Positions 1-11,781 of a DNA stretch of 30,576 nucleotides are shown here, in pieces. Origin of the DNA: an uncultured Candidatus Saccharibacteria bacterium (GTDB lineage Bacteria; Patescibacteriota; WWE3; UBA101185; UBA10185); contig CAZNJL010000001.1 of the NCBI GenBank assembly GCA_964573325.1, forward strand, positions 1 through 30,576, given 5' to 3'. Under the pieces are notes generated by a model. The model was not told the DNA's origin and made no database searches. It saw nothing but the letters and a program-made list of their open reading frames with translations. Position numbers and translations under genes: made by a program. How positions within the stretch are numbered: the stretch's first letter is position 1; each line of letters begins with the position of its first letter.

Positions 1-2
1 TT

Positions 3-257
3 GAGAAGTCGTATAACTTGTATAGTTTATTTTGGGGATTAAATTTGGGATTTGTCGGAGCGCAGGATGTGGGAGATAAGTTGGAAGAAAAAGAAGAATC
101 TCCGGTCACAGAACAGGAGAAAAGAGGGGACCGGAACATAGAAAAAATAGTGTTTCTGGACGAGACGGACAATCCCCCAAAAGAGACAGGTTCTATAAGC
201 CTTTTTGCCAAACTTGGAGAGATTATTAAAAAAGCGATAGATTGCTGTAAAGAATAA
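3..257 (+). CDS. C-terminal part of a hypothetical protein, truncated by the window start
   Basis: The frame is open from position 3 to TAA at 255-257, and the TTG start at 18 is probably internal. It has an acidic region and ends DCCKE. No family recognised. Confidence 0.45.
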   Translation, partial: EKSYNLYSLFWGLNLGFVGAQDVGDKLEEKEESPVTEQEKRGDRNIEKIVFLDETDNPPKETGSISLFAKLGEIIKKAIDCCKE

Positions 258-258
258 G

Positions 259-1026
259 TTACTCTGCCAAAACCTCCACCGATAGTATCTTGACCGGCGA
301 TATCGGAGTTGATTTTTCACCAAGCTTACTAAATTTAACCTCGGCGGTGGCAATTTTATCTATTGTGTCCATGCCGGAAATAACACGACCGAAAATCACA
401 TAGCTCTTAGGTAAGGCGTAGGCTTGATGCATGATAAAAAACTGGCTTCCGTTGGTGTTGGGGCCGGAATTGGCCATTGCCACAGTTCCGCGGGTGTATT
501 CGCCCTCAAAAGTTTCGTCATCAAATTTATATCCCGGGCCTCCGGTTCCGGTTCCTTCGGGATCGCCTCCCTGAATCATAAATCCCTTGATTACTCTGTG
601 AAAAATAGTGCCATCGTAAAAACCTTCTTTAGATAACTTCACAAAATTTGCGACCGTATTGGGGGTTTGGTCGTGGTTAAGTTGTATTGTTATGTCACCC
701 TCAGCGGTTTTGAGAGTGATAGTATATTGGGGGTTTTCTTCCGGTTGTACGGTTTTTTCCGACTGTGGAGTTTCATCCGGGAGAGTCTCGTTTGCGTCTG
801 TATCTGCCTCTACTTCTGCTTCTGTATCTAAAGCATTATCGGTAATTTTGGAGTCAGCCTTATCATCAACTATAGCGCCACCGCTGTCAGAAGGCACTAA
901 ATCAGTCTGCTCAACCAGTTCATTGCTGCTTTTTGAGGGATTTTTAGCCTTATCTAAGACAAAAACTACCAACAAAACTAAAATGATTCCTGCGATTATT
1001 AAAAATGCTCCATATTGTGATTTCAT
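259..1026 (-). CDS. Cyclophilin-type peptidyl-prolyl cis-trans isomerase with N-terminal membrane anchor and acidic linker
   Basis: Motifs TPNTVANF, FHRVIKGFMIQGGDP, GTVAMAN, SQFFI and IFGRVISGMD; hydrophobic N-terminus. Confidence 0.95.
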   Translation of the reverse strand: MKSQYGAFLIIAGIILVLLVVFVLDKAKNPSKSSNELVEQTDLVPSDSGGAIVDDKADSKITDNALDTEAEVEADTDANETLPDETPQSEKTVQPEENPQYTITLKTAEGDITIQLNHDQTPNTVANFVKLSKEGFYDGTIFHRVIKGFMIQGGDPEGTGTGGPGYKFDDETFEGEYTRGTVAMANSGPNTNGSQFFIMHQAYALPKSYVIFGRVISGMDTIDKIATAEVKFSKLGEKSTPISPVKILSVEVLAE

Positions 1027-1115
1027 ACTTTAGTATTTTACCACCTATGTAAACTCCTGCCACTATGACAAGACTTAATTTTTACCTAGGAGAACTTGTC
1101 TGCTAAAATTAAAAG

Positions 1116-3454
<2,339 letters not shown>

Positions 3455-3500
3455 GGTAGTGCCTAAGGATCCAACACCCAACCCTGATATAATAATCACT

Positions 3501-4844
3501 ATGCCGGAACCGCAAAACTTTGAAGACCGCCTTATTACCGTCAGCGAATACCTAGAACTCATCAATGAGTACATAAAACCTCTAAACTTCAGCATCACCG
3601 GAGAGATCAGCTCCGTTTCAGATCGCGCCGGCAACGCAGTATTTTTCTCAGTTTCCGACGAAAAAGAGCAAGCAGTGCTGGAATGCGTCATTTGGCGCGG
3701 CGTTTACCGCAACCTAGGCTTTAAGTTGGAAAAAGGCATGCGAATAAAAATGAGCGGATACCCCAACGTTTACAAACCCTCCGGAAAGCTTTCGTATGTT
3801 GCCGGAAACATTATTCCCACGGGAGAAGGCGCACTAATAAAAGCCTACGAAGAACTAAAAAAGAACTTGGAGAAGGAAGGATTGTTTGCCCCGGAAAGAA
3901 AGCGCATCTTACCACAATACATAAAAACTGTCGGGCTGATTACGGCAGACAACAGCGACGCCAAAAAGGATTTTGAAACACACTTAGGGAATTTTGGATA
4001 CAAAGTTTACTTTTACGATGTTCGCGTGGAGGGACTAAAAAGCGCGGAAAATGTTGTCCAAGCGATAAAGTTTTTCAACGAGTCGACCACTGCGCCGGAA
4101 GTCCTTGTTATCACGCGGGGAGGAGGAAGTTTAGAAAGTTTGCAGGCTTTTAATTCGGAGGGAGTAGCACGCGCCATATATTCATCAAAAATTCCGGTCT
4201 TATCTGCCATAGGGCACGAACGCGACGTGACTATTGCAGATATGGTGGCCGGTGTGCGGGGCTCAACTCCCACAGATGCCGGAAAAATTGTTTCTCAAGA
4301 CTGGCGCGAAGCTGAACAAAAAATATCTTTGGTAAGACGGGACATACTCAGCGCCTACCATAACAACTTGATTGGAATGGCTGATTATTTGGAAATGCAG
4401 AAAGAAAAAATGGCAATGCAGTTTGAAAAAGCTTTGCTAGCACAAATTAACGCAGTAAAAATGCAGGCGCAACAGCTTTTTGTCAGCTTTACAAAAATAT
4501 TCCATAAATTTGACACCATAAGTAAGAGTTTCCATAACAATCTTTTACATTTTCATTCGGAAATAGTTGCGAAAAAAGCACTGGTGGTAAATACGCAAAC
4601 AGCTTTCTTACGGGAAGGAAAATATCTCTTGGAGCAAAATGAGGACAGATTAAAACAATTGGAAAATCTAATAATTAGCGCGGACCCAAAGAAAAAGCTG
4701 GAACAAGGGTACTCAATAACTCAAAATAGGCAGGGCAAGACCGTAAAATCAATAAAAGGAGTTGGGGATGGTGATATACTAAAAACACTGGTAATTGACG
4801 GGGAAATAGAGTCCTCCGTTACGGCATTATTAAAGAAAGATTAA
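3501..4844 (+). CDS. xseA: Exodeoxyribonuclease VII large subunit
   Basis: OB fold (TVSEY..GEIS), VGLIT, RGGGSLESL, SAIGHERDVTIADMVA..R.STPT. Start moved to ATG 3501 because the ORF-track start lies inside ligA and TGaTATAAT lies 7 nt upstream of 3501. Confidence 0.95.
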   Translation: MPEPQNFEDRLITVSEYLELINEYIKPLNFSITGEISSVSDRAGNAVFFSVSDEKEQAVLECVIWRGVYRNLGFKLEKGMRIKMSGYPNVYKPSGKLSYVAGNIIPTGEGALIKAYEELKKNLEKEGLFAPERKRILPQYIKTVGLITADNSDAKKDFETHLGNFGYKVYFYDVRVEGLKSAENVVQAIKFFNESTTAPEVLVITRGGGSLESLQAFNSEGVARAIYSSKIPVLSAIGHERDVTIADMVAGVRGSTPTDAGKIVSQDWREAEQKISLVRRDILSAYHNNLIGMADYLEMQKEKMAMQFEKALLAQINAVKMQAQQLFVSFTKIFHKFDTISKSFHNNLLHFHSEIVAKKALVVNTQTAFLREGKYLLEQNEDRLKQLENLIISADPKKKLEQGYSITQNRQGKTVKSIKGVGDGDILKTLVIDGEIESSVTALLKKD

Positions 4845-4912
4845 AACAGGAGAAACTGTTGCGAGACGTGTTTTAAAAGATTAAGCAATTATTAAATTGA
4901 AAGGAGAGACAA

Positions 4913-5176
4913 ATGTCAGAAAAATTTGATTTTAAGAAAGCGATAGAGGAATTGGAAGAGATTAACCGCTGGTTCCAAGAAGAGGAAATTGATTTGGACG
5001 AAGGTCTTGAAAAGCTAAAGCGAGGAAAGGAGTTGATAGCAAAATGCCGCACAAGACTGGGTGAGGCGGAGACAGAATTTGTTGATATTAAGAAAGATCT
5101 TGAAGAGGGAGATTTGGCCATAGAGGAAAAGTTAGATCCGGACTTAGACGATTTAGAATTTGATCTTGAGGAATAA
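4913..5176 (+). CDS. xseB: Exodeoxyribonuclease VII small subunit
   Basis: FKKAIEELEEI...IDLDEGLEKLKRGKELIAKCRTRL pattern; follows xseA; AAGGAG RBS. Confidence 0.92.
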   Translation: MSEKFDFKKAIEELEEINRWFQEEEIDLDEGLEKLKRGKELIAKCRTRLGEAETEFVDIKKDLEEGDLAIEEKLDPDLDDLEFDLEE

Positions 5177-5253
5177 TAGGATTTAGATTCACATCGTAAT
5201 CCGACATTAAAATTCGGTCTTGCTTGTGGCGCCTAAAAATGCAAAAATAAGTC

Positions 5254-6537
5254 ATGCCAATATTTGGGTTTCCTTCGGGCGGCATAAACCGCGTCACCGG
5301 AACAAAAAAGCTCCCATTTAATCAAACTGAACCCTACAAACTGTTCATAGACATAAATTCCTGCTTTGCCACGATAGAACAGCAATACAATCCAAAGCTT
5401 CGAGGAAAGCCCATCGCAATAGCCGCCTATACGGGCCCGACGGGATGTGTAATTGCTGCCTCCGTAGAAGCTAAGAAGCTAGGGATAAAAACAGGTTTCA
5501 GGGTTAAAGAGGCGCAAAAGATCTGCCCAAATATAATTATCATGGAACCGAATCCCTTCAGATATCGCGCCGTACACAAAAAGTTAAAGGAACTGCTTTA
5601 CACGTACACCCCAAAGATTATCCCTAAATCCATAGACGAATTCTGCATAGATATAGAAAAAACTCCTGCGGAAAAAGTGGGTGCGGTGAAAACAGCCTTG
5701 GCAATAAAGCGCGATATAAAAACTAAGGTAGGGGATTGGATTACGGTTTCTATAGGAATAGGCCCGAATGAGTTTTTAGCAAAAACAGCGTCTAATTTAG
5801 AAAAACCTGACGGACTGCGGGTTATCGATAAAAGTAACTTTCAACAGGTCTTTTCCAAACTAAAGCTAACCGATCTATGCGGTATAAAATCAGCCAATGC
5901 CTCTCGTTTGGCCGCAAAAAAGATTTTTACAGTTTTGAATTTTTACAACGCCAACATAAAGGAACTTTGCACGGCTTTTGGTTCAATAGATGGGTATTAC
6001 TGGCACATGAGAATTCACGGATGGGATATGGCGACATCGTCGCAACCACAAGAAATAAAAAAGTCATTTGGAAATTCTTTTGCTCTTCCGGGGAAACTAC
6101 AGAAAAAGGAAGATTTAGCGCCTGTGCTGTACGAATTGGTAGAGAAAACCGCAACTCGGTTGAGGCGCGAAGGTTACAAAGCGAAAAGCTTTAGTTTAAA
6201 CATTAACTACAGAGACGGCACTTTGTGGAAAGACCACAAAAATACTGGTAAATACACAGATGAGACAGCCGAAATATACCGTTTAATGTTTAAGCTGCTT
6301 GCTAAATGCCCCCACGAAAAACCGATCAGAGTTTTAGCCGAAACCTGCTTTAAGGTTGCTAAGACCAGTCAAAAACAGCTTGGCCTGTTTGAGTCCACAA
6401 GCACGGCGGAAAAGCGGGATGCTTTGTACGATGCGATAGATAAAATAAATCTAAAACACGGGGATATGACGATTAAACCGGCGGAGTTGTTGAAAGCGAA
6501 GAATTTTGCAAAAGATAGGATTGCTTTTGGGAAATAG
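5254..6537 (+). CDS. dinB: Y-family DNA polymerase (DinB/Pol IV-like)
   Basis: FIDINSCFA, CVIAASVEAK..GIKTG, SIDE catalytic motif, SIGIGPN.FLAK.AS..KPDG, little-finger domain. Exact start uncertain. Confidence 0.88.
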   Translation: MPIFGFPSGGINRVTGTKKLPFNQTEPYKLFIDINSCFATIEQQYNPKLRGKPIAIAAYTGPTGCVIAASVEAKKLGIKTGFRVKEAQKICPNIIIMEPNPFRYRAVHKKLKELLYTYTPKIIPKSIDEFCIDIEKTPAEKVGAVKTALAIKRDIKTKVGDWITVSIGIGPNEFLAKTASNLEKPDGLRVIDKSNFQQVFSKLKLTDLCGIKSANASRLAAKKIFTVLNFYNANIKELCTAFGSIDGYYWHMRIHGWDMATSSQPQEIKKSFGNSFALPGKLQKKEDLAPVLYELVEKTATRLRREGYKAKSFSLNINYRDGTLWKDHKNTGKYTDETAEIYRLMFKLLAKCPHEKPIRVLAETCFKVAKTSQKQLGLFESTSTAEKRDALYDAIDKINLKHGDMTIKPAELLKAKNFAKDRIAFGK

Positions 6538-6639
6538 ATATCAAGACACGAGAACAACGCGCATAGCATGATTTTTCACACCAAAATCCTGCCCATACTA
6601 AATTTGATAAACGCCCCCTCCTCCTGTAGTATTTGGGAA

Positions 6640-6939
6640 ATGGCAGGAAACTACTCACGAAATAAAGGCAGGCGGTTAGAACAAGAACTAGTTAATCTCC
6701 TAAAAGCCAAAAAAGTATCCGCCCAAAGAATAAGCATGATAGAAACAGGTCGTTGCTTAAAAGGCGACCTTTTAATACAGGACAGGTGGAAAGCAGAAGT
6801 TAAAGGCGGAGATCAGGTTCCCAAATTCAATTACTCCGCAGTTAAAGAAGGCGAAGAGCTACTTTTCATGAAACGCGACCGGGAAAAGTGGCTAGTTTGT
6901 GTAGACCTTGATTGGTTTACCGAAAATCTCCTTAATTAA
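6640..6939 (+). CDS. Small PD-(D/E)xK nuclease, Hjc/phage Holliday-junction-resolvase-like
   Basis: SRNKGRRLEQELVNLL...KGDLLI...AEVK pattern. Start placed at ATG 6640 (TAGTAT 7 nt upstream). Confidence 0.7.
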   Translation: MAGNYSRNKGRRLEQELVNLLKAKKVSAQRISMIETGRCLKGDLLIQDRWKAEVKGGDQVPKFNYSAVKEGEELLFMKRDREKWLVCVDLDWFTENLLN

Positions 6940-6990
6940 AGCCAAAAAGTTCAGAGTGCAAAACTCTTCCAAATGTCCTAAAATAAGTAC

Positions 6991-7686
6991 ATGAATAAAA
7001 AATACACTAAATTTATTTCGTACTTATTACTAATTTCCCTGATCCCATTGTTAACGGCCTGCTCAATAAAAATACCCTCCAGTGTAGACGATATAAAAAA
7101 TCTTTTTTCCAAAACCGAGCCGGAAGCCGCCAAAGATGAAAAACCCCTGCCTGAAGATCAATCTCCATTTGAAGCTGAGATAAAACCAATTGAGACGGGA
7201 TTGGGCAAGTTAGAGGAAATTTTAGCCAATAAAAAATCCATGGAGTGCACTTATACTTTTGAAGATCTGACGGGCACGATTTACACTGATGGAAAGGATT
7301 TACTCTTTAATTCAAAAATTAAGACGGGTGTTGAGCTTATGGAAGTTAGCACGCTCATGAAAGACGACTATATGTATAGTTGGGCAGTAGGCCAAAGCAC
7401 AGGGACAAAGTTTGCTATAAACGATGTTGAAAACCCTAAAGAATCCGAGGAAAATGCTACACCTGCCCCGGAACTTCCCGACCAAATTAAATACATGAGT
7501 TACACCTGCGAGGAAAAGGAAATAGAGGCGAGCACATTTGAGCTTCCCCAAGGTGTAGAATTTGTAGACCCGACTCAAGCTCTAAATGATGCGCCCGACA
7601 CAAATATCGATTACTGCAAGGCCTGTGATCAATCAACAAGTTTGGACGAGAGAGAAGCCTGTAAAACAGCGTTAAACTGCGAATAA
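6991..7686 (+). CDS. Predicted lipoprotein/exported protein of unknown function
   Basis: Basic N-terminus, hydrophobic core, LLTA-C lipobox at Cys24, Cys-rich C-terminus (CKAC...C...C). Confidence 0.7.
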   Translation: MNKKYTKFISYLLLISLIPLLTACSIKIPSSVDDIKNLFSKTEPEAAKDEKPLPEDQSPFEAEIKPIETGLGKLEEILANKKSMECTYTFEDLTGTIYTDGKDLLFNSKIKTGVELMEVSTLMKDDYMYSWAVGQSTGTKFAINDVENPKESEENATPAPELPDQIKYMSYTCEEKEIEASTFELPQGVEFVDPTQALNDAPDTNIDYCKACDQSTSLDEREACKTALNCE

Positions 7687-7688
7687 TT

Positions 7689-8549
7689 ATGGATCTGCTA
7701 ATACTACCTTTCGACCACCGATCGTCGTTTGCGAAAAAAATCCTTGGAGTTGAAGGTAATCCAAATAAAGCTCAAATAGAACAAATCAAAAAGCTGAAGA
7801 GACTTGTTTTTGATGCGTTTTTAAAGGTTAGATCAGAGGTGGAAAAACCCGAAGAGTTGGGAATTCTTGTTGATGAGAAGTACGGGGCTGAAATTATTAA
7901 AGAGGCAAATCAAAAAGAAATAATCACTTCTGTTGGAGTAGAGAAGAGCGGGGTAGATGTTTTCGACTTTGAATACGGGCGGAAATTCGGCAAACATATA
8001 GAGAAGCTTAATCCTTCGTACGTAAAAGTCCTCGTTAGGTACAATCCCGAAAACGCTAAAGAGAATGTAAAGCAACTTAAGCGCTTGGAGAAATTAAGCA
8101 AATATTGCGAGAAAAAGGGAAGAAAGTTGCTTTTTGAACTTCTCGTGCCTTCAACGGATGCTGATTTAGCTGCAGGAAAAGATTATGACACCGAAATCCG
8201 TCCCGAAAAAACTGCTATCGCTATCCGGGAAATTCGGGAGAAAGTCGCGGTTAGCTTGTGGAAATTGGAAGGTTTTTCTACGGAAGGGTGGAGAAAAGTC
8301 CTGGAAGTAATACCTGAAGATAAGAAGGTTATTGTTCTGGGAAGGGGTGAGGACGCAGAGAGAGTAAGGTATTGGTTAACCGTGGCAGCGGAATTTGATC
8401 AGATTATCGGTTTCGCCATAGGTAGAACTATTTTTATGGAGCCGCTAATTTCGCATTTGAAAAACAGCTTGGGTAAAGAGGAAACTATAAAGGCGATTGC
8501 AGTAAACTATCGTAATTTTGTGGAAATTTGGCGGGAAGGCAGAGCCTAA
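7689..8549 (+). CDS. DUF2090 / IolC-associated class I aldolase-like TIM-barrel protein
   Basis: ILPFDHRSSF, GILVDEKYG, VKVLVRYNP, LFELLVP, WKLEG, VLGRG, GFAIGRTIF. Confidence 0.85.
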   Translation: MDLLILPFDHRSSFAKKILGVEGNPNKAQIEQIKKLKRLVFDAFLKVRSEVEKPEELGILVDEKYGAEIIKEANQKEIITSVGVEKSGVDVFDFEYGRKFGKHIEKLNPSYVKVLVRYNPENAKENVKQLKRLEKLSKYCEKKGRKLLFELLVPSTDADLAAGKDYDTEIRPEKTAIAIREIREKVAVSLWKLEGFSTEGWRKVLEVIPEDKKVIVLGRGEDAERVRYWLTVAAEFDQIIGFAIGRTIFMEPLISHLKNSLGKEETIKAIAVNYRNFVEIWREGRA

Positions 8550-8620
8550 AACATAATCGGAACAGGAATCCTGATTTGGTAAACTTTTTTCAGCAGATTG
8601 AAGATTCCTGAAGGAAAGAC

Positions 8621-9133
8621 CTATTCCAACAAAGCAGAATCTTTTTTCTCAGAAAAGAAATACCAACCCAAAGATACAGCTAGCAAACCTCCGAAGAGTG
8701 CCATAACCTGCCCTACCCCTGTGTCCGGAACGGTAGACTCAGTAGTCTCCGGAGTCGTGTCCCCCGCCGCGGGAACGGTTCCTCCCGTAGGCATGGACTG
8801 ACCTAAACTCAAAACAAACGAATAGGTGTCAGTATCGGTCTTTATGGAAATGTTGTTGTCACCTTGGACTAAGGTATCGGGAGAGAAGGACCAGCTGCCT
8901 TCGGCGTCGGCAGTAACATCAGAAGCAGTCTCACCAACAGCGACAGATAGAACAGCACCTGCTGTTGCTGTACCGGATAAAGCCGGATTAGCTTCGTCAT
9001 ACCACCACTGTGGGTATCTATTGCCCGCGGTATCCAACACTCCGATTTTATCTAGCGTAAAAGAAGCGGCAACGGCTTGTGATAAGCTAAATGTAAGTAA
9101 TAAAGTCAAAGTAAAGAGGCAGATTTTTTTCAT
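8621..9133 (-). CDS. Secreted Ig-like-domain protein with LPxTG-like (VPDTG) C-terminal sorting signal
   Basis: Signal peptide; P.LSGTA.AGA...ADAEGSWSF Ig-like pattern; Pro/Thr linker; VPDTG followed by a TM helix and a KK-containing tail. Confidence 0.7.
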   Translation of the reverse strand: MKKICLFTLTLLLTFSLSQAVAASFTLDKIGVLDTAGNRYPQWWYDEANPALSGTATAGAVLSVAVGETASDVTADAEGSWSFSPDTLVQGDNNISIKTDTDTYSFVLSLGQSMPTGGTVPAAGDTTPETTESTVPDTGVGQVMALFGGLLAVSLGWYFFSEKKDSALLE

Positions 9134-9204
9134 AGTATGAATTCTAGACTACTTTGGTTTATACTGTCAAATAAAACGAAGATTCAAACGAAACCAAGGT
9201 AATA

Positions 9205-10008
9205 ATGAGTAAACAATTAAATCAAAAAAACAAGATATTTCTTTTGGCGGCAGCTTTTTTGATTGCGGGAGGATGGTTTTTGCCGACAATTGTGAAGAAA
9301 TTATTAAACAGCGAGACCCTTACAACCGCAATTTCTAAAAAAACAAATACGGATTCGGCGACAGCGGAAGTAAATAAATACTTAAAGGACTTGGAGCTTA
9401 TGTCTGCAGAGGAACAGGCGAAAATTCTTGGAATAAAAAATCCCTTAATTACAGGGACCTCCGTAGACAATTTAACAGGGAATAACAAGACAGCTACAGC
9501 CAAAGTACGTATTTATATAGTAAATAGCTACTTAGAACGAACGATTTATTTGGTCAGAAATAACGACCTCTGGGAGGTAGAAAAAATCGAAGGGGGCAAT
9601 GCCCTTTTTTATAGGAAAGATGGAGTAATAATAAAACACGATCTGATGTGGGAGGCTTTTTCATCAAACTTTGGTGAGGGAATAGAAAACGGATGGATTT
9701 TAAGGAACAATGAAAAAGGTTCGGAAAATGCGGAAGTTGGTGTTGAAATTATGTTTTTTACGGAGCCCGTTGGAGGCCCATATACAAAGGTTTTTACTGA
9801 TTGTAGCAGCGAAGGGGTGAGCGATTGTCAAACAGAGACCTTGGGAAAACACTCGGTTCGTTCCGCGGTTTATGAAAAAATGATTAAGGTTTATGTTTTT
9901 GAACCGGACAACGGAGAAAAGAACGTTATTGCGTTAGTAGAGTTGGGATTACCGAAAGAAAGTATGGATGGTGTAATTTCGGTCCTGCAAAATATTAAAT
10001 TTGAATAA
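9205..10008 (+). CDS. Membrane-anchored hypothetical protein
   Basis: 267-aa ORF with an N-terminal TM helix; no family recognised. Confidence 0.7.
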   Translation: MSKQLNQKNKIFLLAAAFLIAGGWFLPTIVKKLLNSETLTTAISKKTNTDSATAEVNKYLKDLELMSAEEQAKILGIKNPLITGTSVDNLTGNNKTATAKVRIYIVNSYLERTIYLVRNNDLWEVEKIEGGNALFYRKDGVIIKHDLMWEAFSSNFGEGIENGWILRNNEKGSENAEVGVEIMFFTEPVGGPYTKVFTDCSSEGVSDCQTETLGKHSVRSAVYEKMIKVYVFEPDNGEKNVIALVELGLPKESMDGVISVLQNIKFE

Positions 10009-10027
10009 AAACTGCTACAATAAATAC

Positions 10028-10981
10028 ATGCAAAAAATATTTAATTGGATAAAATCCAACAAACTTTCTACAGTACTTATCCTGGTGGTAGGCTATTTCC
10101 TTGTCGGAAGAAGCGCTGTAATACCTTTGCTTGGGGGAACGAGCAGACTAAGTAGCGATGCTTATCCTGAAAAATCCGTGAGTTCAGCAAACTTGGACTC
10201 TGCTTCCTACGAAGGACAGGGCGGAGGATACGGCGAAATTCCATACTACGAACCTGCGCCACAACCGGATATAAAAGAGCGAAAACTAGTCAGAAACGCC
10301 AGACTATCGTTGCATGTCAAGGATGTTAGGGAAACCATTGGAGAAATTGATGCTTTTACCAAAGGCGTCGGGGGCTATGTCATCAACTCCAGCATAAATA
10401 CGCCTCAAGAGTCATCAACCGGATCAGTTTCTTTACGCGTGCCAACAGAAAAACTAGACGAAGCTTTAATTTATTTTAAAGGCAAGGCAGTTAATGTAGT
10501 CTATGAAGATGTTCGGAGTTCAGATATTACCGACCAATATGTTGATACAACGGCAAAGCTCGCCACCCTGGAAAAGACGAAAGCGATATTTGAAGGAATG
10601 CTTAGTTCCGCAACGGAATTTGATGATATTTTGCGCGCTCAAACAGAGATTTTGAATGTACAAAGCCAGATTGATCAGGTAAAAGGCCAAATTAAATATA
10701 TGGAAGGAACATCCGCTACAGCACTGGTTAGCATAGATTTGTCGACAGATGCCCTGGAGCTTGGATATGCCCCGGAGAATTCTTGGAGACCAAAAGTTGT
10801 GTTTAAACAAGCGGTAAGATCTTTGGTTGCTAACGCGAGGAAGTTGGGAAACACGGTGATTTGGGCCGGTGTATATAGTGCTATTTGGGTTCCGGTAGCG
10901 GTTGTGGTTTTGGTTGTGAGAAAGAAGAAAAGGGCTAATAAAGCGGGACAAGAGAATGGCGGAGAACAGACAAATAACTAG
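10028..10981 (+). CDS. DUF4349-domain membrane protein
   Basis: RKLVRNARLSLHV, GGYVINSS, SLRVP, DITDQYVD..AKL, QSQIDQVKGQIKY; N- and C-terminal TM helices. Start moved to ATG 10028. Confidence 0.88.
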   Translation: MQKIFNWIKSNKLSTVLILVVGYFLVGRSAVIPLLGGTSRLSSDAYPEKSVSSANLDSASYEGQGGGYGEIPYYEPAPQPDIKERKLVRNARLSLHVKDVRETIGEIDAFTKGVGGYVINSSINTPQESSTGSVSLRVPTEKLDEALIYFKGKAVNVVYEDVRSSDITDQYVDTTAKLATLEKTKAIFEGMLSSATEFDDILRAQTEILNVQSQIDQVKGQIKYMEGTSATALVSIDLSTDALELGYAPENSWRPKVVFKQAVRSLVANARKLGNTVIWAGVYSAIWVPVAVVVLVVRKKKRANKAGQENGGEQTNN

Positions 10982-11063
10982 GCAACTGGAGAAACGAAAT
11001 TAGCTTGGCGGGGATCGGCGTGAAGTTGATCAGTGGGAAATTGGGGTTGGTTTGAGAAAAACT

Positions 11064-11103
11064 AAGGGAAGGCGGGCAAACAAATGTCTGCCTTCCCTTT
11101 TTT
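11064..11103. terminator. Bidirectional intrinsic terminator
   Basis: 14-bp stem AAGGGAAGGCGGGC/GTCTGCCTTCCCTT with two G-U pairs and a T-run on the + strand; lies between convergent genes. Confidence 0.8.
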
Positions 11104-11130
11104 GGGACTTTTAGGGACAGGGACGGAAGG

Positions 11131-11340
11131 TCAGCTGTAATAGGCGGGGCGAAGAAAAGCGCTCGAAATGTGGCTTCGCCAACGGCGTCCGTCAAAATGA
11201 TATTCTCCCATTTTGAGGGCCCCCTCGAGATCGGTTGGGGTACCTTTGTACCCTGTTTTGACCACAAGGTCAAAGAGCCGATCTAGTGTCGCTCCTTCCC
11301 GCGGAACATTTCCCCTAAGAAAAACCCCGATGGAAAACAT
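11131..11340 (-). CDS. Small hypothetical protein, possible winged helix
   Basis: Strong RBS (GAGGAGG) 5 nt before the ATG; 9 nt downstream of the upstream ORF; ends in a G-R-R-W wing-like motif. Confidence 0.5.
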   Translation of the reverse strand: MFSIGVFLRGNVPREGATLDRLFDLVVKTGYKGTPTDLEGALKMGEYHFDGRRWRSHISSAFLRPAYYS

Positions 11341-11349
11341 TGTCCCTCC

Positions 11350-11661
11350 TCAATCATATCTTGTGGCGCTGTAGTGCGCCGAGAGGATTTTTCCAGGCTC
11401 TTTGGGCATTCGAAAACCGAAAACCTCTTTCAGCCTCCAACGGGAACCGGTTCTGGCGAACAGTTGGGGATTCCTGTGAAGGTACGTGACGACTTGCCGC
11501 TGATAAGTCTGGCTGCCGTCCGCACGGCGAAGACCGGGCCCGTCCGGGGGCTTAAGACTCTCGTACAGATCCCGACCTGTTTTGGAATAGCGACTGTACG
11601 CCAGAACCGCCCTAATATGGTCCTTTTGCTCCTTTGTCAAAGAACTCTTCCTAGCCATCAT
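11350..11661 (-). CDS. Small basic protein, HARE-HTH/RNAP-delta-like winged helix (tentative)
   Basis: RBS AGGAGG; pattern HIRAVL...T..DLYE...QVVTYL..NPQLFARTGSRWRL. Confidence 0.55.
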   Translation of the reverse strand: MMARKSSLTKEQKDHIRAVLAYSRYSKTGRDLYESLKPPDGPGLRRADGSQTYQRQVVTYLHRNPQLFARTGSRWRLKEVFGFRMPKEPGKILSAHYSATRYD

Positions 11662-11781
11662 GACCTCCTAAAGATTGGATTTTCAACACCTTAAAATACC
11701 ATATAACCCATAAACTGTAAAGGACGGAAGGAAATCAAAAAATGAAATGAGATGCTAAAAATTACAAAAAACTATCTAAAC

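Noticed and set aside
10935-11273. 112-aa minus-strand ORF
   Set aside because: It runs through the terminator, overlaps DUF4349 and the better-supported 11131-11340 ORF, and has no RBS or recognisable motif.
11374-11694. 106-aa plus-strand ORF
   Set aside because: It is antisense to the SD-supported 11350-11661 ORF and has no initiation signal.
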